A stretch of 54,543 nt of DNA from a bacterium. GTDB taxonomy: Bacteria > Hinthialibacterota > Hinthialibacteria > Hinthialibacterales > Hinthialibacteraceae. Of this stretch, positions 12,729-24,261 are shown piece by piece. Position numbers and translations under genes: made by a program. Under the pieces are notes generated by a model. The model was not told the origin of the DNA and made no database searches. It worked only from the letters and a program-made list of their open reading frames with translations. The DNA lies in NCBI GenBank assembly GCA_963663405.2, contig CAXXSM010000151.1, positions 1-54,543 of the forward strand, read 5' to 3'. Numbering within the stretch: position 1 is the first letter of the stretch; each line of letters starts with the position of its first letter.

Positions 12729-13505
12729 ATGTCAAGCACGTATTGCGCGTTGGTCACCGGTTCGAGCCGGGGGATCGGACGGGGGATCGCCATCGAAGCC
12801 GCGAAAGCGGGATACAATGTCGCCGTGAATTATGCGGGGAACCAGAATGCGGCGGAAGAAACGAAACGATTAGTAGAAGAACAGGGCAGGCGGGCCGAGA
12901 TTATCCGCGCGAATGTGGCGGATGCGAACGATCGGCGGGAATTGATTGACCAGACAATCGAACGGTTTGGCCGGTTGGATTTGTTGGTTAACAACGCGGG
13001 TGTCGCGCCGAAAGTCCGGGCGGATTTATTAGAAATGCCCGAAGAGAGTTTTGACTACGTAATGAATACCAACTTGACCGGACCGTTTTTTCTGACGCAA
13101 TACGCCGCTCAGCGGATGATTGAACTGCGCAAACACGATGTAATGCGGCGGGGGCGGATTGTCTTTATTACATCGATCTCAGCGTATACCGCGTCAATCA
13201 ACCGGGGGGAATACTGCCTTTCAAAAGCCGGTTTGTCGATGGCGGTGAAACTGTTCGCCGACCGGTTGGCGCGGGAAGAGATCTATGTCTATGAAGTGCT
13301 TCCGGGTGTCATCGCGACGGATATGACATCAACCGTCAAAGAGAAATACGACAAACTGATTTCCGAAGGGCTGACCCCGCAGCCGCGTTGGGGAACGCCG
13401 GAAGATGTTGGCAAGGCCGTCAGCGCGATCGCGCAAGGATACTTTGATTTTTCCACCGGCGCAACGATTGATGTGGATGGCGGATTTCATATTCAGAGGT
13501 TGTGA
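12729..13505 (+). CDS. SDR-family oxidoreductase (3-ketoacyl-ACP reductase-like)
   Basis: TGSSRGIG, NNAG, YCLSK catalytic motif, PGVIATDM, VDGG. Confidence 0.92.
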   Translation: MSSTYCALVTGSSRGIGRGIAIEAAKAGYNVAVNYAGNQNAAEETKRLVEEQGRRAEIIRANVADANDRRELIDQTIERFGRLDLLVNNAGVAPKVRADLLEMPEESFDYVMNTNLTGPFFLTQYAAQRMIELRKHDVMRRGRIVFITSISAYTASINRGEYCLSKAGLSMAVKLFADRLAREEIYVYEVLPGVIATDMTSTVKEKYDKLISEGLTPQPRWGTPEDVGKAVSAIAQGYFDFSTGATIDVDGGFHIQRL

Positions 13506-13775
13506 ATCGGTCGCTTACCTGCGCACAATAGATTTGATTGGACTATGACCACAATGAACCGTTGGATTTCTATAAGGGTTTGTAAATTAAATAGTTGCGG
13601 CAGCGAATTTCCTTGTAATCAAGTATAGGTTTCAAAAATCCTCGTTTTCGTTCTGTCAAAATCCCAATAAATTCAATATCTTCCCCAAAAAAAGGCTATT
13701 TTATACGCGCATAAAATGATAAAGTATAAGTATTAGATAACCATAAAAACAGATACTTTATCGAACCGGTGAAAA

Positions 13776-14450
13776 ATGACTCCCAACCAACACACGATCG
13801 AAGATAAAACCCTTCAAGTTTTTCGGAAGAAAAAAGTATTGAGAATCGGCCAACTCGCCCGGCTTCTCGAACGGTCTATCCCGACTGCGCGCCGGCGGCT
13901 GAAAGAGTGGAAAACCTATACGAGTTATAACCACAACGGACAATATTATGTGCTGCCTGACGTGCCCAAGTTTGACGCCAATGGATTATGGCAGTACGAC
14001 TCGATCCGCTTCTCTCAACATGGCACGCTGAAAGAGACGGTGATCCATCTTGTGAAGAATTCGGACAGGGGGCTTTTCGCTCAAGAGATCGGCCGTCTTG
14101 TGGGGTTGGCGCCGCATTCATTCTTGTCTCATTTTCGAGGCGCGTCCGGCTTACAACGAGAACGGTTCAACGGACGATGGATTTATTTTTCCTCGGAGGA
14201 GACGATCTTGAACGTACAAAAACGGGAAAGAGAACGGTGGGCGCAAACCCAATCCACTTCGCTCCTCACAGATGCGGAAGCCGTTCAACTCCTGGTGGAA
14301 AGGATTCGACATCCCCACCTCAGTTTAGACGATCTGAGCCAGGCGCTTCATACCAAGGGGATGGCCATCTCGTCCGAATCGATTCGCCGTTTTCTCGGCC
14401 AGCACGGCCTACTAAAAAAAACAACGGATACGCTCTCGTTCGACACCTGA
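13776..14450 (+). CDS. IS OrfA, HTH-containing protein
   Basis: 224 aa with HTH-like segments (IGQLARLLERSIPTARRRLK; LDDLSQAL..SSESIRRFL). Identical protein in copy 2. Confidence 0.8.
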   Translation: MTPNQHTIEDKTLQVFRKKKVLRIGQLARLLERSIPTARRRLKEWKTYTSYNHNGQYYVLPDVPKFDANGLWQYDSIRFSQHGTLKETVIHLVKNSDRGLFAQEIGRLVGLAPHSFLSHFRGASGLQRERFNGRWIYFSSEETILNVQKRERERWAQTQSTSLLTDAEAVQLLVERIRHPHLSLDDLSQALHTKGMAISSESIRRFLGQHGLLKKTTDTLSFDT

Positions 14451-16225
14451 GAACATATAAGAATCAATTGCTGACCAACCTTTCGGCCGCCACGTGTTTC
14501 CCGTCTCCTCCGACCCTTGTGTTTCGGCCGTCTCATCGCGTTTGTTCTTGCGGCGCGAAACTGAAAGTGCAAAAAACACACAGGAGGACTCTTGTCACCT
14601 TGGATATTGGGGAATGGCACGCGAAAGAAATCCTTTACTATTGCGATGGCTGCGGCGATCCAACGATCCATTCTTCGGAAGAGTTACAAACGCTGGCGCC
14701 CCCTCGATGTAAGTTCGGCTATGATATTTTGGTCGAGGTAGGAACCGCGTGGTTTCTCCGGCGCCGGAGTGAAACCAGTATTCAAGAAGAACTCGCCCGG
14801 AAACACATCCGGATTTCCAAGAGCGAAATCGAGTATCTCGCCCAAAAATTTATCATTTATCTGGCCGTTGTCCATCGAGAAAACGGTTCCAAAATCAAAG
14901 AAGATATGGCGTTGCGGGGAGGCTATATTCTCCAATTGGATGGAACGTGTGAAGGGGAAAGCCCTCATTTAATGAGTGTCTTGGATGGCCTTTCCGAAAT
15001 TGTTTTGGACAACGTAAAAATTCCCTCGGAAAACGCGGAACAAATCATTCCGTTTCTCTCCCGGATTAAAGAGACGTACGGTCTCCCTCAAGCGTTGGTG
15101 AGTGATATGGGAAAAGGGATTGGATTGGCCATCCAAAAAGTGTTCCCGCTCGTCCCTGCTTTCCTCTGTCATTTCCATTTTTTGCGCGATCTCGGAAACG
15201 ATCTGTTCGGAATCGAAAACGATATTATTCGGACTCATTTGAAGAAGTACGGCCTGCAAAGTTTGTTGGGTAAATTGGTGAAAGAACTGAAGCCAATTAT
15301 GAAGGCCGATCCAACCGGCATTGATTCCCTCGTCACGTGTATCGAAAGCCAAAACGGGGACGAAGAAACGGCGCCGGAATTCCTGCCCGCTGTCTATGCG
15401 TTAATTCTCTGGGGATTGGGCGCCAAACACCAAGGAGACGGCTTGGGATTTCCGTTCGATCGCCCCCATCTTGTTTTTTATCAACGGCTGGCCATCCTGC
15501 GCTCTACCTTCACAAAAATTCAGCCGGCTCCACCCATTGACCGTCCATTGTATCAACAACTCATTTGTACATTGCAGAAGGTCATGGACGATCCGATTCT
15601 CCACTATACCGCCTCCCAAATGCAGCAAAAGGTTCTTGTGTTCGATCGGCTGCGGAGAGCCATGCGCATCACTCTCCCCGGGAAGAAACAAGGCCTCAAT
15701 GATGAGGGAGAAGATACCGATATCCGGACCATCGAAAAGGGGGTGACTGAGTTCCGCGAATGGCTCTGCGGTGATCCCACTCTTTCAGCGGATGCCGATG
15801 TACAAAAGATGATCGCGCAACTCGATAAATATTGGGAGAAACTCTTTGCCGATCCCATTGTGGTTGATACGCCGAATGGGAAAGTCACCATCCAACCGCA
15901 AAGGACAAACAATCTGCTGGAACGCTTCTTTCGGAATTTAAAACACAGCCATTGCAAAAAAACGGGAACGAGTTCGATGAAGAAGGTGTTAACGACTATG
16001 CTTCCGGATACGCCTCTCGTGAAAAACCTTGAAAATCGACACTATATGGAGATGATCTTGAAGGGAAGAGCCAGCCGGGAAGAACGATTTGCTGAAATTG
16101 ATTCGAACACCATTCGCGAAGAAATGAAAAAAGCCAAGATTCAGAACGAAGGAATTCCACGAAAATTAAAAAAAATCATCACCAAACACGATTTCCCTGG
16201 AATCTTGATGAAGTGCTTTTCATAA
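14414..16225 (+). CDS. IS OrfB DDE transposase (IS256/IS66/MULE-like catalytic pattern), probably expressed as an OrfAB fusion
   Basis: Cys-rich CSCG..CDGC region, LQLDGT, VSDMG, CHFH and RTNNLLERFFR. Lies in the -1 frame relative to OrfA, overlapping it at an A8 run (14414-14421). Confidence 0.85.
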   Translation, partial: KKNNGYALVRHLRTYKNQLLTNLSAATCFPSPPTLVFRPSHRVCSCGAKLKVQKTHRRTLVTLDIGEWHAKEILYYCDGCGDPTIHSSEELQTLAPPRCKFGYDILVEVGTAWFLRRRSETSIQEELARKHIRISKSEIEYLAQKFIIYLAVVHRENGSKIKEDMALRGGYILQLDGTCEGESPHLMSVLDGLSEIVLDNVKIPSENAEQIIPFLSRIKETYGLPQALVSDMGKGIGLAIQKVFPLVPAFLCHFHFLRDLGNDLFGIENDIIRTHLKKYGLQSLLGKLVKELKPIMKADPTGIDSLVTCIESQNGDEETAPEFLPAVYALILWGLGAKHQGDGLGFPFDRPHLVFYQRLAILRSTFTKIQPAPPIDRPLYQQLICTLQKVMDDPILHYTASQMQQKVLVFDRLRRAMRITLPGKKQGLNDEGEDTDIRTIEKGVTEFREWLCGDPTLSADADVQKMIAQLDKYWEKLFADPIVVDTPNGKVTIQPQRTNNLLERFFRNLKHSHCKKTGTSSMKKVLTTMLPDTPLVKNLENRHYMEMILKGRASREERFAEIDSNTIREEMKKAKIQNEGIPRKLKKIITKHDFPGILMKCFS

Positions 16226-16389
16226 AGACGGAATTATTAAATCCAACCGTTTGTTGGGGTCATAGTGATTGGATATCCATTCGCGCCCCATCCAGCGAGA
16301 TTGTTATGGTTCGCATGTTTTTAATCTAAGAATTGGGCCTTGATGTAGTAATCCTCTTTTTTATCCGCAACAGAAACTAACAAATCAGG

Positions 16390-18555
16390 ATGAGAAAACA
16401 AACTATGCAAGTAAATAATCAACTCTATATTGTCATGATTAGTGTCCATGGATTAATTCGGACAGAGGAGATTGAATTGGGACGCGATGCGGATACGGGT
16501 GGCCAAATCAAGTATGTGATCGAACTGGCGAGATTTCTATCGAAACAAAATACAGTCGCCCAGGTTGATCTATTTACCCGTCAAATTTTAGATAAAAAAG
16601 TCAGTCCAGACTACTCAAAAAGTGAAGAATCCATCACGGATCGCGCCTCACTCATACGAAAAGCGTTTGGACCCAAGCGGTATCTTCGAAAAGAAGTGCT
16701 GTGGCCGTATCTCGACCATTTCGCGAATGAAATACTCAAACACTTCCGTTCGATTGGACGGCTGCCGGATTTCCTGCATGCTCATTATGCGGATGCGGGA
16801 TATGTAGGTTCAAAATTATCCCAACTGCTGGGGATTCCATTGATTTTTACAGGACACTCGTTGGGTCGCGTGAAGCTGAAACGCCTTCTTGATCAAGGTT
16901 TATCGAAAGAAACGATCGTGAGGAGATACAATATCTTCGAGCGAATTGAAGCGGAAGAAATCGCTCTCGCGACAGCGTCAATGGTGGTCACAAGCACACA
17001 CCAGGAAGTGGAAGAACAATACCAGCTTTACGAGCGGTACCAACCGTCAACCATGGAAGTGATTCCACCGGGCACCGATCTCTCCAGGTTTTATCCATCA
17101 CGGAATCCAATTCATCGCTATCCCTATTTTCAATCACTGAGACGGTTCTTAAATCATCCTGGCAAACCGATGATTCTGGCGATTTCGCGAGCGGATGAGC
17201 GGAAAAATATCACAAAACTCATCCAAGCCTACGCGGAACACGAGACGTTACGTAAAAAATCAAATCTCGTTATTGTCGCTGGCAACCGGGGTGATATCAT
17301 GCAATTAGACTCAGGCGCTAGAGAGGTTATCCGAAATATACTCTATTTAATTGATAAATACGATCTTTATGGATCCGTAGCGTATCCTAAAAGTCATGAA
17401 ATGAATGATGTCCCTGATTTATATCGGATGTGCGCGAAAACACGTGGCGTTTTTGTGAATCCAGCGTTGACAGAGCCATTTGGGCTGACATTGATCGAGG
17501 CCGCCGCTAGTGGAGCGCCTATTGTCGTGACAAACGATGGAGGCCCACGGGATATCATTGCGAATTGCCAGAATGGAATCTTGATTGATCCATTGAACGC
17601 CAACGAAATGGCGGAAGCCATCGATCAATCCTTATCAAACCGGGAGCAATGGAAACAATACTCGCAGAATGGGTTAAAAGGTGTAAAACGGCACTATTCA
17701 TGGACGAATCATACGAAAACCTATTTGCAAAGGATAAAAAAACACATGAAAGCCATTCGTAAGCCATTAAATATCTCTTCCGGCAAACGATTGCTGAAAA
17801 CGGATAGGCTCTTCATTACGGATATCGATAACACATTGCTGGGAGACAAGAAAGCCTTGGATGAACTTGTTACCCTGGTAAAGGATCATACGAATCTTAT
17901 CAGTTTTGGAATCGCCACCGGCCGGCACTTAGATAGTGTATTGGAAGTTTTAAAAGATTGGGATGTGCCCCGTCCGGATTTACTGATTACCTCCGTGGGC
18001 AGTGAAATCCATTATGGAAATGACTTGCGGCCGGACAAGGATTGGGAAAAGCACATTGATTACAAATGGGAGCCCGAACGCTTGCGGGAAGTAATGAAAA
18101 CATATCCCGGCATCGAATTACAACCGGACGTCAACCAGCGGAAACACAAAATCAGTTATTTTATTGATCCAACAATAGCGCCGACACGAAGAGAAATTGT
18201 CCGCCGGATGAGGGAAAACTCATTTCATGTCAAAGTCATTCATTCTCACCAGCAATTCCTTGATTTTCTCCCCTTACGAGCATCGAAAGGATTGGCCATC
18301 TGGTATATGGCGAATAAATGGGGAATTCCAATGGAACGGATCTTAACCGCGGGAGATTCCGGCAATGATGAAGAGATGTTGAAAGGGCATAACCTCTCCG
18401 TTGTGGTGGGAAATTATAGCGCGGAATTAGAACCGCTGCGTAAAAATCCAACGGTTTACTTTGCCAAAGCGTCGTATGCGGCGGGGATCATTGAAGGGAT
18501 GCTTCATTATGATTTTTTGGGCGTGATCAAAAATCCTGAGGAGGAAATTGTATGA
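16390..18555 (+). CDS. sps: Sucrose-phosphate synthase with C-terminal HAD (SPP-like) domain
   Basis: [32 protein letters not shown] and [16 protein letters not shown]; HAD motifs DIDNT, SKG and GDSGND. Confidence 0.95.
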   Translation: MRKQTMQVNNQLYIVMISVHGLIRTEEIELGRDADTGGQIKYVIELARFLSKQNTVAQVDLFTRQILDKKVSPDYSKSEESITDRASLIRKAFGPKRYLRKEVLWPYLDHFANEILKHFRSIGRLPDFLHAHYADAGYVGSKLSQLLGIPLIFTGHSLGRVKLKRLLDQGLSKETIVRRYNIFERIEAEEIALATASMVVTSTHQEVEEQYQLYERYQPSTMEVIPPGTDLSRFYPSRNPIHRYPYFQSLRRFLNHPGKPMILAISRADERKNITKLIQAYAEHETLRKKSNLVIVAGNRGDIMQLDSGAREVIRNILYLIDKYDLYGSVAYPKSHEMNDVPDLYRMCAKTRGVFVNPALTEPFGLTLIEAAASGAPIVVTNDGGPRDIIANCQNGILIDPLNANEMAEAIDQSLSNREQWKQYSQNGLKGVKRHYSWTNHTKTYLQRIKKHMKAIRKPLNISSGKRLLKTDRLFITDIDNTLLGDKKALDELVTLVKDHTNLISFGIATGRHLDSVLEVLKDWDVPRPDLLITSVGSEIHYGNDLRPDKDWEKHIDYKWEPERLREVMKTYPGIELQPDVNQRKHKISYFIDPTIAPTRREIVRRMRENSFHVKVIHSHQQFLDFLPLRASKGLAIWYMANKWGIPMERILTAGDSGNDEEMLKGHNLSVVVGNYSAELEPLRKNPTVYFAKASYAAGIIEGMLHYDFLGVIKNPEEEIV

Positions 18556-20954
18556 TTAAAATACTCCAGCAAACAATCCAAGAGCATCGAAGCGTTATAT
18601 ACGTTTTTTTCAGACAATTAATTGGACTCAATCAGTCGTTTCTTCTCCGTTCTGAAATTAACGAATTTTTTCACGCATTTACTAATACTGAAAAAGAGTC
18701 CAACGGTCGTCTAAAACATACGGTATTGGGAAAGATCATCTATTACTCACAGGAAGTCGTCATCCAGGCGCCTTGGGTCTTGTTCGCTTGTCGGCCGCGA
18801 AATGCGAGTTGGATATACATCCAATTTCATTGTGAAGAGATACGCTGTCATGAAATTACGTCATCGGAATTTTTGCAGTTTAAAGAACGGATTGTGAATT
18901 GTGAGCAACGTGAAGAAGATTGGGTTTTGGAAATCGATCTAAAACCCTTTAACCGGGAGTTTCCCAAGTTAAAAGAGGCGCGGTCAGTCGGGCGCGGTGT
19001 GGAATTTCTAAATCGTCACCTAAGTGGCCGGTTATTCACGGAACCGGCTAAAGATGGAAAATTGTTGTTTCATTTCCTCCAGCTGCATCAGTTGAACGGG
19101 CAGCAATTGATGCTGAACGATCGAATCACGGACGTATCCCAATTACAAGACGCCATGAACCATGCGCAGGATTACCTCTCGCATCAATCTCCAAATGCGG
19201 AATGGAATACTGTGGCGCATTCCATGCAGGATTTAGGATTTGAAATCGGTTGGGGACGCACGGTAGACCGTATGCTCGATACGCTGGGTCTCCTTTCCGA
19301 TATATGGGAGGCGCCGGATCATGATCGGATCGGCAGTTTTTTGAGCCGGATTCCGATGATCTTCAATGTTGTCATTCTTTCCCCTCACGGATATTTTGGG
19401 CAGGCGAACGTTCTTGGGAAACCGGATACCGGCGGACAGGTCATTTATATTCTCGATCAAGTAAAAGCCTTGGAACAAGAAATGAAGCAATGCCTTTGGG
19501 AACAGGGGATTGATGTCGATCCCCTCATTTTAGTCGTCACCCGGCTTATTCCCGAAGCGGAAGGCACATCGTGCAACCAACCAGAGGAACAAATCGTCGG
19601 CGCCCAGAATGCGAAAATTGTGAGAATTCCATTCCGCTCCGCCAATGGAGATATTATTCCCCATTGGATCTCCCGGTTCAAAGTATGGCCCTATTTGGAA
19701 CAGTTTGCCCTTGAAGCGGAAAAGGAGATTCTTACTCAATTAAAAACAAGGCCCGATCTGATTATTGGAAATTATTCTGATGGGAATCTTGTGGCGTCGT
19801 TATTATCCGAACGTTTAAAAGTATCTCAATGTAATATTGCCCATGCTCTGGAAAAAACGAAATATTTATATTCCGGATTGTACTGGCAAAATTTAGAAAA
19901 TCAATATCATTTCTCCTGCCAATTCACCGCGGATTTAATTGCAATGAATACAGCCGATTTTATTATCACAAGCACCTATCAGGAAATCGCCGGGAATGCG
20001 GAAACTGTTGGACAATATGAAAGTTATTCCACCTTCACCATGCCTGGACTTTATCGTGTCAAGAATGGAATTGATGTTTTTGATCCCAAATTCAATATCG
20101 TATCACCCGGCGCGGATGCGGAGGTGTTTTTCCCGTATACAGAAATAAAGCGCCGTTTTCATGAATTGCATCCTGAGATGGAAAGCATGTTATACGATGA
20201 AACCTATCCGAATTGCCGCGGCGTCATCCACAATCGGGATAAAGCGATTCTGTTTAGCATGGCTCGTCTGGATAGGATCAAGAATCTGACTGGCTTCGTT
20301 GAGTGGTATGGACAATGCCCGAGACTTCAAGAATGTGCGTCATTATTAATTATTGGAGGCTTTATCGATCGGAATCAATCCACTGATTTTGAAGAACAAG
20401 AACAAATCCAACGAATGCATGATTTGATGAATCAATATCAACTGGACGATAGAATGCGCTGGATTGGATCGCATCTGGATAAGAATTATACCGGCGAATT
20501 ATATCGTTTTATCGCTGACCGGAAAGGCGCGTTTGTCCAACCCGCCTTATTCGAGGCTTTTGGTTTGACGGTTATCGAAGCCATGAGTTCTGGATTACCC
20601 ACCTTTGCGACGCAATACGGCGGGCCACAAGAAATTATTCAGGATAGCGTATCCGGTTTTCATATTGATCCAAATCAAGGGATAGAATCGGCTGAAAAAA
20701 TCGCCGATTTTTTAGAACAGGCGCACAACGATCCTTTAAAATGGGAGAGAATTTCCCAAGGTTCAATCCAGCGGGTGAAAGAGAAATACAATTGGAAACT
20801 GTATGCGAAACGGTTGATGTCTCTCTCACGAATTTATGGTTTTTGGAAACATGCGACGAATCTTGAGAGGGAAGAAACACAACGGTATTTACAAATGCTT
20901 TACGGATTAATGTACCGGAAACGAGCGGAACAGATTGAATTCAACACCGTTTAA
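18552..20954 (+). CDS. susA: Sucrose synthase
   Basis: [51 protein letters not shown] and [20 protein letters not shown] overlap with sps. Confidence 0.95.
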   Translation: MIKILQQTIQEHRSVIYVFFRQLIGLNQSFLLRSEINEFFHAFTNTEKESNGRLKHTVLGKIIYYSQEVVIQAPWVLFACRPRNASWIYIQFHCEEIRCHEITSSEFLQFKERIVNCEQREEDWVLEIDLKPFNREFPKLKEARSVGRGVEFLNRHLSGRLFTEPAKDGKLLFHFLQLHQLNGQQLMLNDRITDVSQLQDAMNHAQDYLSHQSPNAEWNTVAHSMQDLGFEIGWGRTVDRMLDTLGLLSDIWEAPDHDRIGSFLSRIPMIFNVVILSPHGYFGQANVLGKPDTGGQVIYILDQVKALEQEMKQCLWEQGIDVDPLILVVTRLIPEAEGTSCNQPEEQIVGAQNAKIVRIPFRSANGDIIPHWISRFKVWPYLEQFALEAEKEILTQLKTRPDLIIGNYSDGNLVASLLSERLKVSQCNIAHALEKTKYLYSGLYWQNLENQYHFSCQFTADLIAMNTADFIITSTYQEIAGNAETVGQYESYSTFTMPGLYRVKNGIDVFDPKFNIVSPGADAEVFFPYTEIKRRFHELHPEMESMLYDETYPNCRGVIHNRDKAILFSMARLDRIKNLTGFVEWYGQCPRLQECASLLIIGGFIDRNQSTDFEEQEQIQRMHDLMNQYQLDDRMRWIGSHLDKNYTGELYRFIADRKGAFVQPALFEAFGLTVIEAMSSGLPTFATQYGGPQEIIQDSVSGFHIDPNQGIESAEKIADFLEQAHNDPLKWERISQGSIQRVKEKYNWKLYAKRLMSLSRIYGFWKHATNLEREETQRYLQMLYGLMYRKRAEQIEFNTV

Positions 20955-20960
20955 CGGTAT

Positions 20961-21668
20961 TTATTCGATCGTTGATTCCGTTCGATTCGATGCGCTCATT
21001 TCTTCCTCAGAAGAGCCGTGGCGTTGGCCGATGTGGTAGGCGAGGGTGAGCAATCCTCGTGTGAGGTGTTCGTGAACAAGAATAATATGGCCGGGAACGA
21101 CCAGTTCCGTTGGGGCGAAGTTCCAGATGCCTTTCACGCCACAGGCGACGAGGCGGTCGCAGGTGTCCTGCGCGACGTGCGCGGGAGTGCAGATAACGCC
21201 GATGTCGATGTCTCGGTCATCGCAGACAGTGGTCAACCGGTCGATGTCTTCGACAGGGATGCCCCGGATAGAGTAATTATAAAACTTTGGATTGATATCA
21301 AAAATCGCCTTCAGTTCGAATCCTTGCAGGACGAACGATTCGTAATTGGCGATCGCCTGTCCAATGTTTCCAAAACCGACAATCGCGAAACCGGTCTTTC
21401 CCCGCGAAAGAAAGATCTGGCGAATTCCCTGTAATAATTCAGAAACATCATAACCCACACCCGTCTGACCGCGTACTTTAAGAGGAAGAAAGTCTTGTTT
21501 GACGACCGCCGGATTGACAGCCAATCGATCCGCCAGTTTCCGAGTGGAAATACGGGGAATCTCTTTCTTTTTGAATTCTTCCAAGACATTTAAATAACGC
21601 GACATCCGTATCAGGCTGGCTTCACTTAAATACGGTTGTTTTATCTCTTCGTTCATTCGCTCGCTCAT
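20961..21668 (-). CDS. rex: Redox-sensing transcriptional repressor Rex
   Basis: wHTH (RMSRYL..KLA..G.TGVGYDV) plus Rossmann GFGNIGQA, AQ..CD.LV..GVKGIWNFAP. Confidence 0.9.
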   Translation of the reverse strand: MSERMNEEIKQPYLSEASLIRMSRYLNVLEEFKKKEIPRISTRKLADRLAVNPAVVKQDFLPLKVRGQTGVGYDVSELLQGIRQIFLSRGKTGFAIVGFGNIGQAIANYESFVLQGFELKAIFDINPKFYNYSIRGIPVEDIDRLTTVCDDRDIDIGVICTPAHVAQDTCDRLVACGVKGIWNFAPTELVVPGHIILVHEHLTRGLLTLAYHIGQRHGSSEEEMSASNRTESTIE

Positions 21669-21998
21669 GCTGTTGAATTTAAAATCCGGATAGTTAAAAT
21701 CTTAGCTATCATATCACAAATCCGTTAAAGAAAAAGCGGCATGAGCTCTTCCTGAATAGATCTTTTTTAAATTCCGGTTATCTTAATCTTTTCTTTCACA
21801 GAACAACAAGAAAAAATTCGTATCAATCCCAGTATATTTACGTTTTCATTCAATATAGTGAATTAATTTAAGTATTATTTTAGTCTAACGCCCACTTTTT
21901 TCTTGATTCCCGCATGGAAATGTGCCATCCTGGAACAATACTACACGCATTAACCAATCTGGTGAAAGCGCCAAACCATTTAGAGGAAAACATATCCA

Positions 21999-22856
21999 AT
22001 GAAAACAACAAGCAAACAACAGAATCGAACACTTTCTTTCATCCTTCTTTTCGCCGCCGTGTTTATGAGTGTATGCTCTATTCAGATTCCAACAGTGCTG
22101 GAAGCGCAGGCGGAGGAGCAGGATACTTTCATGAATCCCAAACGAATCGTTATTCCTAAAATCAATGAATCCATCCAGATTGACGCTGTCTTTGATGAAC
22201 CAGCATGGAAAAAAGCGGTGAAAATCACACCGTTTTATCTGAATGATGGAAGCCGCGCCGAAACCGAATCGACTACGTTGCTTCTCTGTTACGACGCTAC
22301 AGCGTTGTATATGGCTTGGACGTGTGTGGATTCAGATATTCAAGCGACGATTACCCAACGGGACGGAGATCTTTGGGACGAAGAAGTCGCGGAGTTTTTT
22401 CTCTATCCCGGCGCCGAGATTCCCAGCCGGATCCAGTATTATGAATTGCAGTGGAATCCGTTAGGTACAATCTTTGATGGTGTTATCACGAAAACCTTGA
22501 ATCCAGACGGCTCGACAAAAACACATAACTTGGACCGGAATTGGACCGCGGAAGGAATGCAGGCGAAAGTGATCGCTGATGGTGTGTTGAGCGATCCTTC
22601 CCAACCGGATCAAGAATGGCGTGTCGAAGTGTCGCTTCCGTTTGCGGCGATCGGTCAATCCGCGCCGAAGACCGGTGATGTATGGCGGGGGAATTTCTAT
22701 CGCTACAACCGCACAACGGGGAAAGCGGTAGAACATTGCGCTTGGACACCAACGTTAACGAGCAGTTTTCATGAACCCACCCGCTTCGGATATCTTGAAT
22801 TTGGGGGAGAGAGTCAAGCTGGTTTGGACCGTTCCATGTTTCAAGATTCGAAGTGA
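21999..22856 (+). CDS. Secreted carbohydrate-binding family 9-like (DOMON) protein
   Basis: Signal peptide; IDAVFDEPAW, RDGDLWDEEVAEFF, YYELQWNPLG, W.VEVSLPF, GDVWRGNFYR, FHEP.RFG. Confidence 0.8.
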   Translation: MKTTSKQQNRTLSFILLFAAVFMSVCSIQIPTVLEAQAEEQDTFMNPKRIVIPKINESIQIDAVFDEPAWKKAVKITPFYLNDGSRAETESTTLLLCYDATALYMAWTCVDSDIQATITQRDGDLWDEEVAEFFLYPGAEIPSRIQYYELQWNPLGTIFDGVITKTLNPDGSTKTHNLDRNWTAEGMQAKVIADGVLSDPSQPDQEWRVEVSLPFAAIGQSAPKTGDVWRGNFYRYNRTTGKAVEHCAWTPTLTSSFHEPTRFGYLEFGGESQAGLDRSMFQDSK

Positions 22857-23074
22857 AACGCCGTATCGATGCGTGAACTGTTGTTCGAACGGTAAAAGAA
22901 CCCTTTCAAAACTATGCTGAAAGACTTCTCCAAACAGCGGATTGGGAATATCTTTATAAGGAGACCCTTCAATGGCGCCGGGCGGATTTAAGCCGGTATC
23001 CATGCTTCTGGAACGTCCGACCGGATTCACATAATACCGCTATGTGACATTGAAAAGGGCGCCGGGCTCAATCC

Positions 23075-23728
23075 ATGGCCCATCAATATGTATGGAGGAC
23101 AACTGTGGCGGACGCTATCAAAGACATCGAAACAGAGATGGACGAAATTAAGATGCTCATGAAGATCTGGAACAATTTTTACCGGATCCTTACAACAACA
23201 TTCTTCGACGACAAAGCGGATATCAAAAAATTAGATCCGGAATTTCAGAAAATCAAACAGATCGTCGCCGAGCATCACAGTCATTTCATGAAAGTGATTA
23301 AAAAAGACTTTCATATTGGGCAATCCGTGTTGACCACCGTGAAACGGACGATCTCCCTCGAAGGATTCTCGCATTTAAGTGAGTTGGAAATTCGAAAAAC
23401 ATTGATCGAATGGCACGACGCCAACATTCTTCTCAATGAAACAGTCGGCGCGCTGGAATGCCAGCGGGATCGAATTTTACGGGGCCGGAAGACAAAAGTG
23501 CCTGACAAGAGCGCGGGGGAAAAAGCCAAGGAATTTTTCCAAAGCGGCACAGTAAAATTAGTCATTAATTTGGCTATACTCGGCGCCATCGTTGGCGTAA
23601 TTTATATCTTTTGGGAACCGATTTCAACATCACCGTACTATATTGATTACGCCAAACCGTGGGTCGATTGGTTGTTGGGACTAATCGGCATGGCCCCAGC
23701 GGAAGAAGCCGCCAAAGCAGGGGGATGA
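23075..23728 (+). CDS. Hypothetical protein with a C-terminal TM segment (true start may be GTG at ~23105)
   Basis: 217-aa ORF; GGAGGA precedes the GTG; hydrophobic stretch LVINLAILGAIVGVIYIFW. Confidence 0.65.
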   Translation: MAHQYVWRTTVADAIKDIETEMDEIKMLMKIWNNFYRILTTTFFDDKADIKKLDPEFQKIKQIVAEHHSHFMKVIKKDFHIGQSVLTTVKRTISLEGFSHLSELEIRKTLIEWHDANILLNETVGALECQRDRILRGRKTKVPDKSAGEKAKEFFQSGTVKLVINLAILGAIVGVIYIFWEPISTSPYYIDYAKPWVDWLLGLIGMAPAEEAAKAGG

Positions 23729-23815
23729 TATTTGATCTTCTGCCATCAAAGAGACACCCTTAGATGAAAACTCCTGTTTAATTCTATTAGGCTGTAAGGC
23801 GTACAACACAATTAC

Positions 23816-24091
23816 ATGAACCAACCAAAGGATTGTATCGTCTTCCCCGGCCGTCTACCGCCGAAAGAGATTTGCTTCGTAAACGCGATCCTTGACGATC
23901 ATGAAGGTATGGCTGTCGTGCGGACAGTGGACGCGCAAGAAGGGCGGATGGAATTTTGGATCGCGCCCGCCCTAGTGGATCAATTCAATATCTTTGTCGA
24001 ATTTATCCGGCGTGAGTACCAAATCCCTATCGAACTCGGTGATCCGATTTCGGAAACAACGGAATTCACCGATTTCCCCGAATCAATATAA
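23816..24091 (+). CDS. DUF4911-like small protein
   Basis: EICFVNAILDDHEGMAVVRT resembles the DUF4911 pattern. Confidence 0.6.
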   Translation: MNQPKDCIVFPGRLPPKEICFVNAILDDHEGMAVVRTVDAQEGRMEFWIAPALVDQFNIFVEFIRREYQIPIELGDPISETTEFTDFPESI

Positions 24092-24261
24092 ACTTGATAG
24101 GATCGGCTGAACTCCATCATTAACGCAGGATTTTTTAGCGAAGCGTAGTACGAAAATCTACATCTCTTCTTTCTAATTCATACAAAAAAATGTTAGCTTT
24201 CCCTCCCTAATCTACGTTACTATTCATTGAAGAACAAACATCAAAACATGGGATACAACAA

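Larger units (their letters stand above)
13543..16265 (+). mobile_element. Two-ORF DDE insertion sequence, copy 1 (2723 bp, apparently intact)
   Basis: Left end CTATGACCACAATGAACCGTTGGATTT; reverse complement of the right end CTATGACCCCAACAAACGGTTGGATTT. Perfect 8-bp TSD TGATTGGA at 13535-13542 and 16266-16273. A near-identical copy lies at 39385-42616. Confidence 0.95.

Noticed and set aside
13988-14413. N-terminal 142 aa of the 745-aa ORF as real protein
   Set aside because: It is the alternate frame of OrfA; transposase-like sequence starts only after the A8 run.
21669-21998. Rex operator upstream of rex
   Set aside because: No good TTGTGAA-N4-TTCACAA palindrome, only half-site-like matches.
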